Positions 1 to 12,177 of a stretch of DNA of 64,000 bases are shown here, in pieces. Below the pieces are notes generated by a model. That model was not told the origin of the DNA, did no database searches, and was given only the letters and a program-made list of their open reading frames with translations. How positions within the stretch are numbered: position 1 is the stretch's first letter; the number at the start of each line of letters is the position of its first letter. A program made the position numbers and the translations under genes. The stretch comes from Cryomorpha ignava. Lineage in GTDB: Bacteria; Bacteroidota; Bacteroidia; Flavobacteriales_F; PHOS-HE28. The stretch lies in NCBI GenBank assembly GCA_040391235.1, contig JBEBYG010000020.1, positions 1,198 to 65,197 on the forward strand, in the 5' to 3' direction.

Positions 1-2
1 CT

Positions 3-584
3 GTGATCGCGGCCCCAGCTCCGGTGCACGCCCGCACTGAACCTGTGCAAGCTCCCCTTGCAACAGCTCCTGCGCAACCCGAGCGAGCGCCTCGCCGCAT
101 GGCAGGTGCCATCTCCATCAGCCAGCACTTGTCCCCTACCAAGCCAACCACGGCTTCCACCGAACTGCGCGATCAACCGGGTGATCAACCAAAGGGCAAA
201 GGCACCACGTTGAGCGGCCGCGAATTGAACCAAGCATTGTTACTGAAGGCCTGGGATGAATATGCCAAGAGCCTGAAAGCGCAAGGCAAAAGCAGCATGC
301 ACGCAACGCTGATCGCCCACAAGCCCGTGATCACCGGACCGCACTCCATCACCTTCGCCATTGTGAACACGGTGCAGGAGAATTACATGCGAGAGGAAAA
401 GCCTACGTTGCTCGGGCATCTTCGTCGGGAGATGGAAATGCCGGAGCTGGAGCTGGAAGTGGTGAAGCAAGAAGTCGCGAACCTCCGCCCACGCTACACC
501 GCGAAGGACCGCTTTATGATCATGGCGGAGAAGAACCCGGCCTTGTTGAAGCTGCGCGAAGACCTTGATCTCGATCTAGGATAG
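3..584 (+). CDS. Hypothetical protein, C-terminal part (5' end lies outside the window). Pro/Ala-rich linker followed by a helical domain.
   Basis: Open frame runs in from the window edge and shows no recognisable catalytic motif. It might be the C-terminal region of a DnaX-like protein, but that is unsupported. Confidence 0.3.
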   Translation: MIAAPAPVHARTEPVQAPLATAPAQPERAPRRMAGAISISQHLSPTKPTTASTELRDQPGDQPKGKGTTLSGRELNQALLLKAWDEYAKSLKAQGKSSMHATLIAHKPVITGPHSITFAIVNTVQENYMREEKPTLLGHLRREMEMPELELEVVKQEVANLRPRYTAKDRFMIMAEKNPALLKLREDLDLDLG

Positions 585-758
585 TTCCTAACGAGTCGTA
601 AGTCCTGAGTCGTAAGTCTTGGGTCGCGATCCTGAAGGCTGATGGCGGAATGCCTTATATCCGAACGTCCGATCATCAGTCACTGATCACCGTCACGTAT
701 CGGGATCAACGCCGCGAGGTACCTTCGCGGCCCGTTAAAACAAGACAATAGCAAAAGC

Positions 759-1982
759 ATGCAGAAGATCAAAGTGGCGAACCCCGTGGTGGAGATCGAT
801 GGAGATGAGATGACCCGCATCATCTGGAAGTGGATCAAGGAACAACTGATCCTGCCATACGTGGACGTGCCTTTGGACTATTACGACCTGGGTATTGAGC
901 ACCGCGATGCCACCCACGACCAAGTGACCGTGGATGCCGCGCATGCGATCCAGAAGCATAACGTGGGCATCAAGTGCGCCACCATTACGCCTGACGAAGC
1001 GCGTGTGGAGGAATTCGGCTTGAAGCAAATGTGGAAGAGCCCCAACGGCACCATCCGCAACATCCTCGGTGGCACCGTCTTCCGCGAGCCCATCGTGATC
1101 AATAACATCCCACGCTTGGTACCCGGCTGGACCCAGCCCATCGTCATCGGTCGTCATGCCTTCGGCGATCAATACAAAGCCACCGACGTTGTGATCAAGG
1201 GCAAAGGCAAGCTCACCATGACCTTCACCCCGGAGGATGGCGAGGCTACCACCTGGAACGTGTATGACTTCAAGGGCGATGGCGTCGCCTTGAGCATGTA
1301 CAATACCGACGAGAGCATCGACGGCTTTGCGCACAGTTGCTTCAACCTCGCATTGGAAAAGAAGTGGCCATTGTACCTGAGCACCAAGAACACCATCCTG
1401 AAGAAGTACGACGGACGCTTCAAGGACATCTTCGAGGAGATCTATCAGAAGCACTACAAGGCTGACTTCCTCAAGGCAGGCATCACATACGAGCACCGCT
1501 TGATCGATGATATGGTGGCTGCTGCCATGAAGTGGAGCGGCGGCTTTATCTGGGCCTGCAAGAACTACGACGGTGACGTGCAGAGCGACATCGTGGCGCA
1601 GGGTTTCGGCTCACTCGGCCTGATGACCAGCGTGCTGATCACCCCCGACGGCAAGACCATGGAGGCCGAGGCCGCCCACGGCACTGTCACGCGCCACTTC
1701 CGCCAGCATGAGCAAGGCAAGCCTACGAGCACCAACCCCATCGCCAGCATTTTCGCATGGACGCGCGGCCTCGCTTTCCGTGGCAAGTTGGACGGCAACC
1801 AAGCCCTGGTGGACTTCGCCCACAAGCTGGAAGCCGTTTGCATCCAGACCGTGGAAGCCGGTAAGATGACCAAGGACCTCGCGGTCTGCATCCACGGCAA
1901 CAAGGTGACGCCCGACCAGTACCTCACCAGTGAAGGCTTTATGGCCGCACTACGCGAAGGGCTGGAGCGCGGGATGAAGTGA
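759..1982 (+). CDS. icd: NADP-dependent isocitrate dehydrogenase (eukaryotic-type homodimeric IDH)
   Basis: 407 aa. N-terminus [21 protein letters not shown] and motifs such as TRHFRQH and GTVTRH are typical of IDH1/2-like NADP-IDH. Confidence 0.9.
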   Translation: MQKIKVANPVVEIDGDEMTRIIWKWIKEQLILPYVDVPLDYYDLGIEHRDATHDQVTVDAAHAIQKHNVGIKCATITPDEARVEEFGLKQMWKSPNGTIRNILGGTVFREPIVINNIPRLVPGWTQPIVIGRHAFGDQYKATDVVIKGKGKLTMTFTPEDGEATTWNVYDFKGDGVALSMYNTDESIDGFAHSCFNLALEKKWPLYLSTKNTILKKYDGRFKDIFEEIYQKHYKADFLKAGITYEHRLIDDMVAAAMKWSGGFIWACKNYDGDVQSDIVAQGFGSLGLMTSVLITPDGKTMEAEAAHGTVTRHFRQHEQGKPTSTNPIASIFAWTRGLAFRGKLDGNQALVDFAHKLEAVCIQTVEAGKMTKDLAVCIHGNKVTPDQYLTSEGFMAALREGLERGMK

Positions 1983-2000
1983 ACCAATAACGAATGAATT

Positions 2001-2035
2001 AAGCCGATCGGAGGAATGCCTTCGGTCGGCTTTTT
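2001..2035 (+). terminator. Rho-independent terminator after icd
   Basis: Hairpin aagccgatcggaggaatgccttcggtcggc followed by TTTTT, directly after the icd stop codon. Confidence 0.6.
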
Positions 2036-2112
2036 CGATTCTATCAGTGACAATTCAGCCACCGCCTGCGTGTGGAGCATCTTCCTTTGATCTTTAAATT
2101 CATGTAGTACAT

Positions 2113-3213
2113 TTGGTTGGACCAAACTCAATAACAATGAGAAAAGCTCATTTGATATGCCTAATCGCTACCGTAGCAGGATTAGATGCGTCTGCAAAGG
2201 AGGATTGCATTGGAATTGCTGAGCTGGTCATCACACGATCCAATGGAGGCATTGAGCATCCGCAGATTATTGGCATCCCGACCGTATTTCTAGGTCAGGG
2301 GGATTCAGCCGTGATCCAGTTCTACTACTACATGCCCGGTTGGGATTGCCATTTTCAAGGGTTTTTCGTCACAAGGAATGGTGAACTGATCGAGCCCATC
2401 CCCAATTCTTACTATACCTATGACGTAACCACGCCGGGCTTTTATGAGGATAACGCGGTGGGGATAGACTTGTACGGCACTGGTCAGTTTTACATCTCTT
2501 ATATAGAAACACCGCCTTTGATCCTTGACGTAAAGGCATGGTTGCAAGGGCCATTCGATGCGAACACCGGGCTGATGCGCCACGATCTTCTATCAGCAGG
2601 ATTGGTCCCCTATTGGTCCAGCGCTGGACCAGCGGATTCCTCGGTTTTGAATACGAACGAGCACGGAACCGTTGTTGACTGGGTATCTGTTGAGATCCGT
2701 ATGCCCGATCAATCAACGGTTTTTGGTGGAATTCGGCAGGGGCTGATCTTGACGGATGGCACCATTATCGATCCGAATTTTTTTGGACCTCTGACCTTTG
2801 TAGCACCGCAAGGTGATTATTATGTGGTCGTAGGCCACCGAAATCACCTGCGCGCAATGACCGCGACGGTTGTGAGCTTTGGTGACGATCCCGTCACTTT
2901 GGATTTCCGGGATCCCGCATTCCCTACCTACGGCATCGAAGCCCGCAAGATCGAAGGGGATGCGGCGCTACTTTGGGCGGGAAAAACACGCAACCAATAT
3001 AGGATCAGCTATACGGGCAACTACAATGACCGCGATGCCATCCTCCAAAGCGTTGGTTCCAAGCCAATGAATACTATCACCGGCTACTGGAGAACAGATG
3101 TGAACATGGACGGCGTGGTGAAATACACCGGAGCAAACAACGACCGCGACGTGATCCTAATGAACCTCGGAAGCACCTTAGCAACTACGGTTCGAGAGGA
3201 ACAGGTGCCCTGA
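2113..3213 (+). CDS. Secreted hypothetical protein with two C-terminal dockerin-like/EF-hand-like repeats
   Basis: N-terminal signal peptide (MRKAHLICLIATVAG). Repeats YTGNYNDRDAILQSVGS and DVNMDGVVKYTGANNDRDVILMNLGS. Local GC is clearly lower than the flanking DNA. Confidence 0.5.
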   Translation: MVGPNSITMRKAHLICLIATVAGLDASAKEDCIGIAELVITRSNGGIEHPQIIGIPTVFLGQGDSAVIQFYYYMPGWDCHFQGFFVTRNGELIEPIPNSYYTYDVTTPGFYEDNAVGIDLYGTGQFYISYIETPPLILDVKAWLQGPFDANTGLMRHDLLSAGLVPYWSSAGPADSSVLNTNEHGTVVDWVSVEIRMPDQSTVFGGIRQGLILTDGTIIDPNFFGPLTFVAPQGDYYVVVGHRNHLRAMTATVVSFGDDPVTLDFRDPAFPTYGIEARKIEGDAALLWAGKTRNQYRISYTGNYNDRDAILQSVGSKPMNTITGYWRTDVNMDGVVKYTGANNDRDVILMNLGSTLATTVREEQVP

Positions 3214-3244
3214 AGAGCCAATTCCTCTGCTGTCTGTTGCATGG

Positions 3245-5710
3245 GTGACCTTCATCACCTCCCACCCAAAAAAGAACGCCGATCTTCGCAGCCTAGTTGT
3301 CGTACGGTCTATGCGGATCTCCTCAGCTGCCCCTGCTGTCTGTTTCCATTGTGGTGATGCGTGCTTGGAAGAGCATGTGATCGCCGATGCCCATGACTTC
3401 TGTTGCCATGGCTGCAAGGCCGTGCACGACCTGCTTCGCGATAGCGGACTGCACACCTACTATGAGCTTGAAAAGCGCCCCGGCACCAAGTCGGTGGCCA
3501 ATGCCGATGAGGCGCGTGCGGAGCTGTTCGACCTGCCCGAGGTGCGCGAAAAGCTGGTGGAGTTCAGCGAGGACGGCATTACCCGGGTGACATTGCATGT
3601 GCCGCAGATGCACTGCAGTAGTTGCATTTGGTTGCTGGAGAACTTGGAAAAGCTGGAGCCTGCCGTAGTGCGTTCCCGCGTGCGATTCGGCCAGAAGGAA
3701 CTCACGGTGAACTTTCGGGAAGGCGACCTCAAGCTTCAGGACCTGATTCTTCTTTTACGGCGCATCGGCTATGGGCCACAACTCACCGGAGCCAAGGGGG
3801 ACAGCAAAGTGGGCGGCGTGCCGCGCATGCTCTACGTGCGCTTGGGCGTGGCTGGCTTCTGCTTCGGCAACAGCATGCTCTTCAGCTTTCCGGAATACCT
3901 GGGAGCGGACATCAGCGATGAATTCCTGCTCAAAGGCTTCAGCTACCTGAACATCCTGTTCTCCCTGCCCGTGCTGCTCTTCTCCGCCAATGGCTTCTTC
4001 ATTTCCGCCTTCGCCGGGATCCGGGCGCGGCGTATCAACATCGATCAACCCATTGCCTTGGGTATCGTGGTGCTCTTTGTGCGCAGCGTGCTCGATGTGC
4101 TTACCAACGTGGGCCCGGGCTACTTCGACTCACTGGCCGGGCTTGTCTTCTTCCTGTTGATCGGTCGCTGGTACCAAGCCTACACGTACCAAGCACTCAG
4201 CTTCGATCGCACGCTGGAGGATTTCCTGCCGATCGCAGTGGTGCGCATGCGCAACGGAGCCGAGGAGCACGTGAGCGTGGGCGACCTGATGCAAGGCGAC
4301 CGCATCCTTGTGCGGGACCAGGAACTCATTCCCGTGGACGGCATTCTGCGCAGCGGACAGGGGCATATCGACAACAGCTTTATCACCGGAGAGCCACTGC
4401 CCATACGGAAGAGCGAGGGAGAGACCATCCGTGCGGGTGGAAGGCAGCGTGGTGCTGCCATCGAAGTGGAAGTACTACGGGCCTTCTCGGACAGCCACCT
4501 GAAACGGCTCTGGGAGGAACATCGTAACGTGAGTTCCGAACGCCCTTTGATGCCACGAACCATCGATGCGGTGGCACGTCGTTTCACAGTGGCCGTGCTG
4601 CTGATCGCCTTGTTCGCTGGACTGTTCTGGTGGTGGTACGACCCGAGCCAGATCTGGCAAGTGGTGACTGCTGTACTTATCGTGGCCTGTCCTTGTGCGT
4701 TGGCGCTCAGCATGCCTTTCGGCTATGGCCATACCATTCGGCTGCTGGGCAAGCGCGGCCTCTTCCTGCGCGATGCTGAAGTGGTGGAACGCATGTCCTT
4801 CATTGATGCCGTGGTCTTCGATAAGACCGGCACACTCACCGCCCGCGAGGCGTGGGACATGCGCTTCACCGGAGCACCCTTGAGTGAACATGAGCGTTCC
4901 TTGGTCCGTTCGCTTGCACGCAACAGCACACATCCCCTCAGCGCCGTATTGTATTCCGGGTTGAAGGCACCCCTGCTGGAAGTGATGAACGTGAACGAGA
5001 TCGCCGGAAAAGGGATCATCGGCACGGCGGAAGGAGTTGAAGTGACCTTAGGAAGTGCGGCCCTGATGGAAGCACCCGCCTTCACCCCCGAAAAAGGGGA
5101 AGCCGTGGTACACATCGCCTTGGACGGCCGCCACCGGGGGCACTTCATCGTGCGCAAGCAAGCGCGCGCCGGCATGGGCGATAGCGTGCGGGACGTTCGC
5201 ACGGGCGCGATCACCTACCTCGTAACAGGTGACCTGACGGTGGACCCGGAGGTGGCCGCGATGTTCAGTCCTGAGCATACCGTTACGGGATGTACGCCAG
5301 CGGAGAAGGCCAAATTCGTGAAGCAACTTCAGAAGGAAGGCCACCGCGTGATGATGGTGGGCGATGGCCTGAACGATGCCGGCGCTCTGCTCCAGAGTGA
5401 TGTGGGCGTTACCGTGAGCGAGAGTAGCGCCGCCCTCACCCCTGCCAGCGATGCCATTGTGGATGCCTCGGCGTTGCACGCCCTTCCGCGCATGTTGCGG
5501 CTTACCCGCAGTGCCCACCGGATCGTGATCGCCAGCCTCATTCTCTCGTTGCTTTACAATCTTACCGGGGTATCCTTCGCCGTTTCAGGGCACCTCACAC
5601 CGCTGGTTGCCGCCATTTTGATGCCGTTGAGCTCGGTAACTGTGGTTGGTTTTGTATCATTGGCGGTGTGGTGGGCAGCCAGGCGCGAAGGCTTGATCCG
5701 CCGATCCTGA
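3245..5710 (+). CDS. ccoI: Copper-translocating P1B-type ATPase CcoI/FixI
   Basis: N-terminal CFHCGDAC motif, HMA domain (MHCSSC), CPC transmembrane motif (CPCAL), DKTGTLT phosphorylation site and GDGLNDAGAL hinge. The biological start may be the internal Met at 3311 (MRISSAAPAVCFHCGD). Confidence 0.85.
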   Translation: MTFITSHPKKNADLRSLVVVRSMRISSAAPAVCFHCGDACLEEHVIADAHDFCCHGCKAVHDLLRDSGLHTYYELEKRPGTKSVANADEARAELFDLPEVREKLVEFSEDGITRVTLHVPQMHCSSCIWLLENLEKLEPAVVRSRVRFGQKELTVNFREGDLKLQDLILLLRRIGYGPQLTGAKGDSKVGGVPRMLYVRLGVAGFCFGNSMLFSFPEYLGADISDEFLLKGFSYLNILFSLPVLLFSANGFFISAFAGIRARRINIDQPIALGIVVLFVRSVLDVLTNVGPGYFDSLAGLVFFLLIGRWYQAYTYQALSFDRTLEDFLPIAVVRMRNGAEEHVSVGDLMQGDRILVRDQELIPVDGILRSGQGHIDNSFITGEPLPIRKSEGETIRAGGRQRGAAIEVEVLRAFSDSHLKRLWEEHRNVSSERPLMPRTIDAVARRFTVAVLLIALFAGLFWWWYDPSQIWQVVTAVLIVACPCALALSMPFGYGHTIRLLGKRGLFLRDAEVVERMSFIDAVVFDKTGTLTAREAWDMRFTGAPLSEHERSLVRSLARNSTHPLSAVLYSGLKAPLLEVMNVNEIAGKGIIGTAEGVEVTLGSAALMEAPAFTPEKGEAVVHIALDGRHRGHFIVRKQARAGMGDSVRDVRTGAITYLVTGDLTVDPEVAAMFSPEHTVTGCTPAEKAKFVKQLQKEGHRVMMVGDGLNDAGALLQSDVGVTVSESSAALTPASDAIVDASALHALPRMLRLTRSAHRIVIASLILSLLYNLTGVSFAVSGHLTPLVAAILMPLSSVTVVGFVSLAVWWAARREGLIRRS

Positions 5711-5746
5711 AACATTCAATAGATCTTCAACTGATTTTCATCAGTA

Positions 5747-5762
5747 GGCAGATTGATCTGCC
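5747..5762 (+). promoter_or_regulatory. 16-bp palindrome GGCAGATTGATCTGCC in the cco promoter region
   Basis: Near-perfect inverted repeat about 52 bp upstream of the ccoS start codon. It contains a TTGAT half-site of the FNR/CRP type. Confidence 0.35.
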
Positions 5763-5813
5763 TCAGCACAGAACTGTCACAGCAAGGTCAGCTTTGCACA
5801 CCCTCCGTGAAAC

Positions 5814-5983
5814 ATGAGTGTCATCTTCCTTCTCATCAGCGCCAGCACGCTTGTAGCCGGGATCTTCCTGGTCGCATTCCTCTGGGCCGTGCGCTCGGGG
5901 CAGTACGATGATGACCGCTCTCCTGCCGTTCGCATTCTTTCCGACGACCCCCCCACAGAAGCAACCGAAAACCACGTGAAAAC

Positions 5984-5987
<4 letters not shown>
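5814..5987 (+). CDS. ccoS: cbb3-type cytochrome oxidase assembly protein CcoS (small membrane protein)
   Basis: 57-aa ORF MSVIFLLISASTLVAGIFLVAFLWAVRSGQYDDD..., below the 60-aa cutoff of the ORF track. Its TGA overlaps the ccoNO ATG (ATGA). Confidence 0.6.
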
Positions 5988-8122
<2,135 letters not shown>

Positions 8123-8129
8123 TCGAGCC

Positions 8130-8336
8130 ATGTTGAAGTTCGTCACCAACCACCTCAATTCGATCCATGGGATCGCCTTGTGGCCCACTATCGCGTTCGT
8201 GTTCTTCTTCGCCTTTTTCCTGGTGATGCTCTGGTGGGTTTTCACCACGCCACAGAAGGACCTTGAGCACATCGCCAATGTTCCATTGAACGACGAGGAA
8301 GGACAGCCTATCACCACCCACAAGGATCGGACATGA
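8130..8336 (+). CDS. ccoQ: CcoQ/FixQ-family small subunit of cbb3 oxidase
   Basis: 68 aa with a single TM segment (IALWPTIAFVFFFAFFLVMLWWVF), positioned between ccoNO and ccoP. Confidence 0.7.
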   Translation: MLKFVTNHLNSIHGIALWPTIAFVFFFAFFLVMLWWVFTTPQKDLEHIANVPLNDEEGQPITTHKDRT

Positions 8337-9514
8337 ACCATACCGGAACAGCTCTCCCAAGGATCAGTGTACTGGCTGCAGGTCTTTTGATGCTCACGGG
8401 CGTCATGGCACAGGATCCCGTCGCGGCCTCCGCGGCAACGCATGCGTCCTCCACATCCAGCGTGAACCAGTGGTTGCTGGGCATCGCCATACTGCAGGCG
8501 GTACTGATACTTGTCTTCAGCAACATCCTGCGGACGCTCAGCGGACCGGGGCCGCACTGGTCCAAGTTCTTCAATAGCACCGGCGCGCGCACGTTGGTGT
8601 TGCTACCACTACTGGTGGCGGTGGGCAGCACCGCACAGGCACAGGCTTATCACGGACCGGATAACGCGATCAGCGAACAGAGCCTCTTCTGGTTGCTGGT
8701 AATGGTGAATGCATTGCTTCTGTTCGTACTGCTCTTCCAGATGAAACTGGTACACGGCCTCATGCGCTTGTTGGTGGCCCCTTCGGAGACACAGGAAGAG
8801 CCAGTGAAAGCAAAGATCAAACGGTCCTCGTGGTGGGCGCGCTTGGGTCAAAGCCTCACCCGCCAGGTTCCGGTGGAAAAGGAGCAGGATATCGTACTGG
8901 ACCACGAATACGATGGGATCCGTGAGCTGGACAACAGCTTACCGCCCTGGTGGGTCTGGCTGTTCTACGGCACCATCGTATGGGGCGTGGTGTACATGGT
9001 GAACGTGCACGTGATCAAGGTGTGGCCAAACCAAGACACCGAATACCGCTTGGAAATGGCACAGGCCAAAGCCGATGTGGATGCCTACCTCGCTACCCGC
9101 ACCGACCTGGTGGATGAGAACACGGTGGAGCAACACAGCGACCCAGGCGTGATCGCCAATGGCAAGACCATCTACATGGATAATTGCACCCCCTGCCACG
9201 GCAAAGCATTGGAAGGTGTGGAAGGCCTCGGCCCCAACCTCACCGATGCCTATTGGAAGCATGGTGGCGGGATCAAGAACATTTTCAAAGTGATCAAATA
9301 TGGAGTGCCGGACAAAGGGATGATCAGCTGGAAAGCCCAGTTGAAACCCTCGGAGATCGCGGCCTTGGCCGAGTACATCCTCAGCAAGGCGGGAAGCAAC
9401 CCGCCCAATGCGAAGGCCCCTGAAGGGGAACTTTGGAAAGAACGTGAAGCCACCACTGACCCGTCGAACCCAACAAGCGAAACAGATACTGCGCGGACAG
9501 CCGCGATGAAATGA
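8333..9514 (+). CDS. ccoP: cbb3-type cytochrome c oxidase subunit CcoP (monoheme form)
   Basis: N-terminal TM segments, the conserved DGI(R/K)E-region motif HEYDGIRELDN, and a single CTPCHG heme c site. ATGA overlap with ccoQ. Confidence 0.85.
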   Translation: MNHTGTALPRISVLAAGLLMLTGVMAQDPVAASAATHASSTSSVNQWLLGIAILQAVLILVFSNILRTLSGPGPHWSKFFNSTGARTLVLLPLLVAVGSTAQAQAYHGPDNAISEQSLFWLLVMVNALLLFVLLFQMKLVHGLMRLLVAPSETQEEPVKAKIKRSSWWARLGQSLTRQVPVEKEQDIVLDHEYDGIRELDNSLPPWWVWLFYGTIVWGVVYMVNVHVIKVWPNQDTEYRLEMAQAKADVDAYLATRTDLVDENTVEQHSDPGVIANGKTIYMDNCTPCHGKALEGVEGLGPNLTDAYWKHGGGIKNIFKVIKYGVPDKGMISWKAQLKPSEIAALAEYILSKAGSNPPNAKAPEGELWKEREATTDPSNPTSETDTARTAAMK

Positions 9515-10971
9515 CCCCCAAGGAATCCATACCGCACCATACACGCAGGTTCGCACCGGACGTTGCGGAGACCGATACTGAAAGCTACCGTGACCACATC
9601 GCCACGGTGGACAAAGAGGGGAAGCGCATTTGGCTTCACCCCAAGAAGCCTTCCGGACGGTATTTCCGGATGCGCAAATGGTTCGGCTACAGCCTGCTGG
9701 TAGCGCTGGTAGCGATGCCCTGGATCCGCATCAACGGGGAACCGTTCCTGATGCTGAACGTGATCGAGCGGCGGTTCGTGGTCTTGGGCCAGACCTTCTG
9801 GCCGCAGGACATCCACCTCTTCGTGATGGCCTTTCTGGTCGGCGTCATCTTCATCGCCCTATTTACAGTGGCGTTTGGCCGCTTGTTCTGTGGCTGGGCA
9901 TGCCCACAAACGATCTTCATGGAACTCGTTTTCCGTAGGATCGAATACTGGATCGAGGGTGATTGGAAGCAACAGATGGCCCTCAACCGCGGGCCGCTCA
10001 GCACGGAGAAGATCCTTAAAAAGACCGCCAAGCATCTGCTCTTCTTCGGGGTGGCCTTCGCTATCGGCAACGTCTTCCTCTCCTACTTGGTCGGCAGCGA
10101 CCACTTGGTGAAGATCATGCGCGAAGGGCCGATCGAGCACATGGGAAGCTTTGCTGCTTTACTGGGTTTCTCCGCTGTGTTCTATGGTGTTTTCGCATTC
10201 ATGCGGGAACAAGTTTGCACCACCATTTGCCCATACGGCCGCTTGCAAAGTGTACTGCTGGACAGAGAGAGCATCGTGGTGGCGTATGACCATGTGCGGG
10301 GTGAGAAACGCGCCAAGTTCCGCAAGGGCGAGGTGCGGAGTGAGGTGGATAAGGGGGATTGCATCGACTGCAACGCCTGCGTACACGTGTGCCCTACCGG
10401 CATCGACATCCGGAACGGCACCCAGCTGGAATGTGTGAACTGCACCGCCTGCATCGATGCCTGCGATGATATCATGGAGGCGGTACACCTGCCGAAAGGC
10501 CTGATCCGTTTCGCCAGTGAGGCGGAGATATCCGACAAGCGTCCTTTCCGCTGGACCGTCCGAATGAAGGCCTATTCAGCGGTACTCGCTGTACTCGTGG
10601 TCGCGCTGTTCGCGCTGGTACTCACGCGCAGTGATGTGGAAAGCACCGTCCTCCGTACACCGGGCCTGCTCTTTCAAAAACGGGAGGATGGCCGCATCAG
10701 CAACCTCTACTCCTATAAGCTGGTGAACAAGACGAACAAGGACATGCCCGTGCATTTCAAGCTGTTGAACGCAGCCGGCGAAGTGCAACCGGTAGGGGCA
10801 TTCCCCAGGGTGGAACGGGCTTCCATGCGCGCGGGTGAACTGTTCATCATCTTGGATGCGAGCGAACTGGAAGGCTACAATACCCTCCTCACCGTTGGCG
10901 TCTATTCCGGGGACAAATTGCTGGAGAAGGTAAAGACCTCCTTCGTTGGCCCCATGAAACGATCCAAATGA
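9511..10971 (+). CDS. ccoG: Cytochrome c oxidase accessory protein CcoG (4Fe-4S ferredoxin)
   Basis: CIDCNACVHVCPTGIDIRNGTQLECVNCTACIDAC, i.e. two 4Fe-4S cluster motifs, plus TM segments. ATGA overlap with ccoP. Confidence 0.9.
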   Translation: MTPKESIPHHTRRFAPDVAETDTESYRDHIATVDKEGKRIWLHPKKPSGRYFRMRKWFGYSLLVALVAMPWIRINGEPFLMLNVIERRFVVLGQTFWPQDIHLFVMAFLVGVIFIALFTVAFGRLFCGWACPQTIFMELVFRRIEYWIEGDWKQQMALNRGPLSTEKILKKTAKHLLFFGVAFAIGNVFLSYLVGSDHLVKIMREGPIEHMGSFAALLGFSAVFYGVFAFMREQVCTTICPYGRLQSVLLDRESIVVAYDHVRGEKRAKFRKGEVRSEVDKGDCIDCNACVHVCPTGIDIRNGTQLECVNCTACIDACDDIMEAVHLPKGLIRFASEAEISDKRPFRWTVRMKAYSAVLAVLVVALFALVLTRSDVESTVLRTPGLLFQKREDGRISNLYSYKLVNKTNKDMPVHFKLLNAAGEVQPVGAFPRVERASMRAGELFIILDASELEGYNTLLTVGVYSGDKLLEKVKTSFVGPMKRSK

Positions 10972-11411
10972 AATTTCACTTCGGTCACGGTGTTGCCGTG
11001 GTACTCTCCCTCTTCGCACTGATGCTTGCATACTTCATGGTGCGCGCCATCGCCAATACACAGGAGATGGTGACGGAGAACTACTATGAGAAGGAGCTGC
11101 TTTTCCAACAGGACATCGATAAACTGGAGCGCGCTGTGGCTCATGGAGAAGTGGTGCTGATGGAGGTGAAAGACCAGGAGCTACGCATCACCTTCCCCGA
11201 ATTGCTACGCGGAAAGGAGATCACAGGGACACTGCAAATGATGCGTCCCAGCGACGCTCGTGCCGATCAGCTTGTGGCGATCAAGGCCGATAGCAAAGGT
11301 TCATTTGCCATTCCCATTTCTGACTGGATGCGCGGTCTGTATCGTGCACGCCTGGATTGGCGCGTGGACGGCGAGGATCATTTGAGCGAACAGCAAGTGA
11401 TCGTGCCGTGA
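10968..11411 (+). CDS. ccoH: FixH/CcoH-family protein
   Basis: 147 aa with one N-terminal TM segment. Position after ccoG is conserved in cbb3 clusters. Confidence 0.7.
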   Translation: MKFHFGHGVAVVLSLFALMLAYFMVRAIANTQEMVTENYYEKELLFQQDIDKLERAVAHGEVVLMEVKDQELRITFPELLRGKEITGTLQMMRPSDARADQLVAIKADSKGSFAIPISDWMRGLYRARLDWRVDGEDHLSEQQVIVP

Positions 11412-12139
11412 ACGCCGTGATCGCATCCGCCTTTGCATTGGGCCTGTTCAGCAGCTTCCATTGCATTGGTATGTGCGGTCCTATTGCCTTGGCGGTCCCT
11501 TCGGCCCGTACCACATGGGCTGGCCGCACAGGAGATGCCTTGTTGCTCAATTTCGGCAGGATCGCCACCTATGCCCTACTGGGCTTGTTGTTCGGCACCT
11601 TCGGGCGCGGCTTACGACTCGCCGGACTACAGCAAGGCATCAGCATCGCGTTGGGCGCGGTGATCTTGATCGGTCTGCTGTGGCCCGCCCTGATGAAAGG
11701 CCACGTGATCACGGGAAAAATAGCCATGTGGACTTCCGGATTCAGGCAGGTGATGGCGCGACATCTGGGCCGCACTTCGCCAGCAGGACTTTGGTCCACC
11801 GGAATGCTCAACGGCTTGTTGCCTTGTGGGCTGGTCTACTTGGCACTCGCAGGTTCGTTGGTGCAGGAAACACCTTGGCAAGGCTCCTTCTTCATGATCG
11901 CCTTCGGCATGGGTACTATCCCCGCTCTCCTTGCCGTGCGCTTGGGAACAGCGAAGTTGAGCATGGCCAAGCGAGCACTGGTGCGCAAGCTCTCCCCCTT
12001 TCTGGTGGCGGGCATGGGCATCCTTTTCGTGCTTCGCGGGTTGGGACTGGGGATCCCTTACATAAGCCCCGTCCTTTACGAGGTCACCACCGGCGTGCAA
12101 CCCTGTCACGATACGGCGGCTCCCGAAATTCCTCGGTGA
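11408..12139 (+). CDS. Sulfite exporter TauE/SafE-family (DsbD_2-like) membrane protein, associated with the cco cluster
   Basis: FHCIGMCGPIA motif and multiple TM segments. A likely GTG start at 11408 overlaps the ccoH stop (GTGA). The ORF-track start at 11357 is probably an N-terminal over-extension. Confidence 0.65.
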   Translation: MNAVIASAFALGLFSSFHCIGMCGPIALAVPSARTTWAGRTGDALLLNFGRIATYALLGLLFGTFGRGLRLAGLQQGISIALGAVILIGLLWPALMKGHVITGKIAMWTSGFRQVMARHLGRTSPAGLWSTGMLNGLLPCGLVYLALAGSLVQETPWQGSFFMIAFGMGTIPALLAVRLGTAKLSMAKRALVRKLSPFLVAGMGILFVLRGLGLGIPYISPVLYEVTTGVQPCHDTAAPEIPR

Positions 12140-12177
12140 CGCCTCATCTTCGCCGTGCCTTTCAGTAGGCATGGCCG

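Noticed and set aside
592-620. 14-bp tandem direct repeat (gagtcgtaagtcct / gagtcgtaagtctt) and nearby hairpin (703..724) upstream of icd
   Set aside because: Only two copies and no spacer structure, so it is not a CRISPR array. It is probably an incidental duplication or part of the upstream gene's terminator region.
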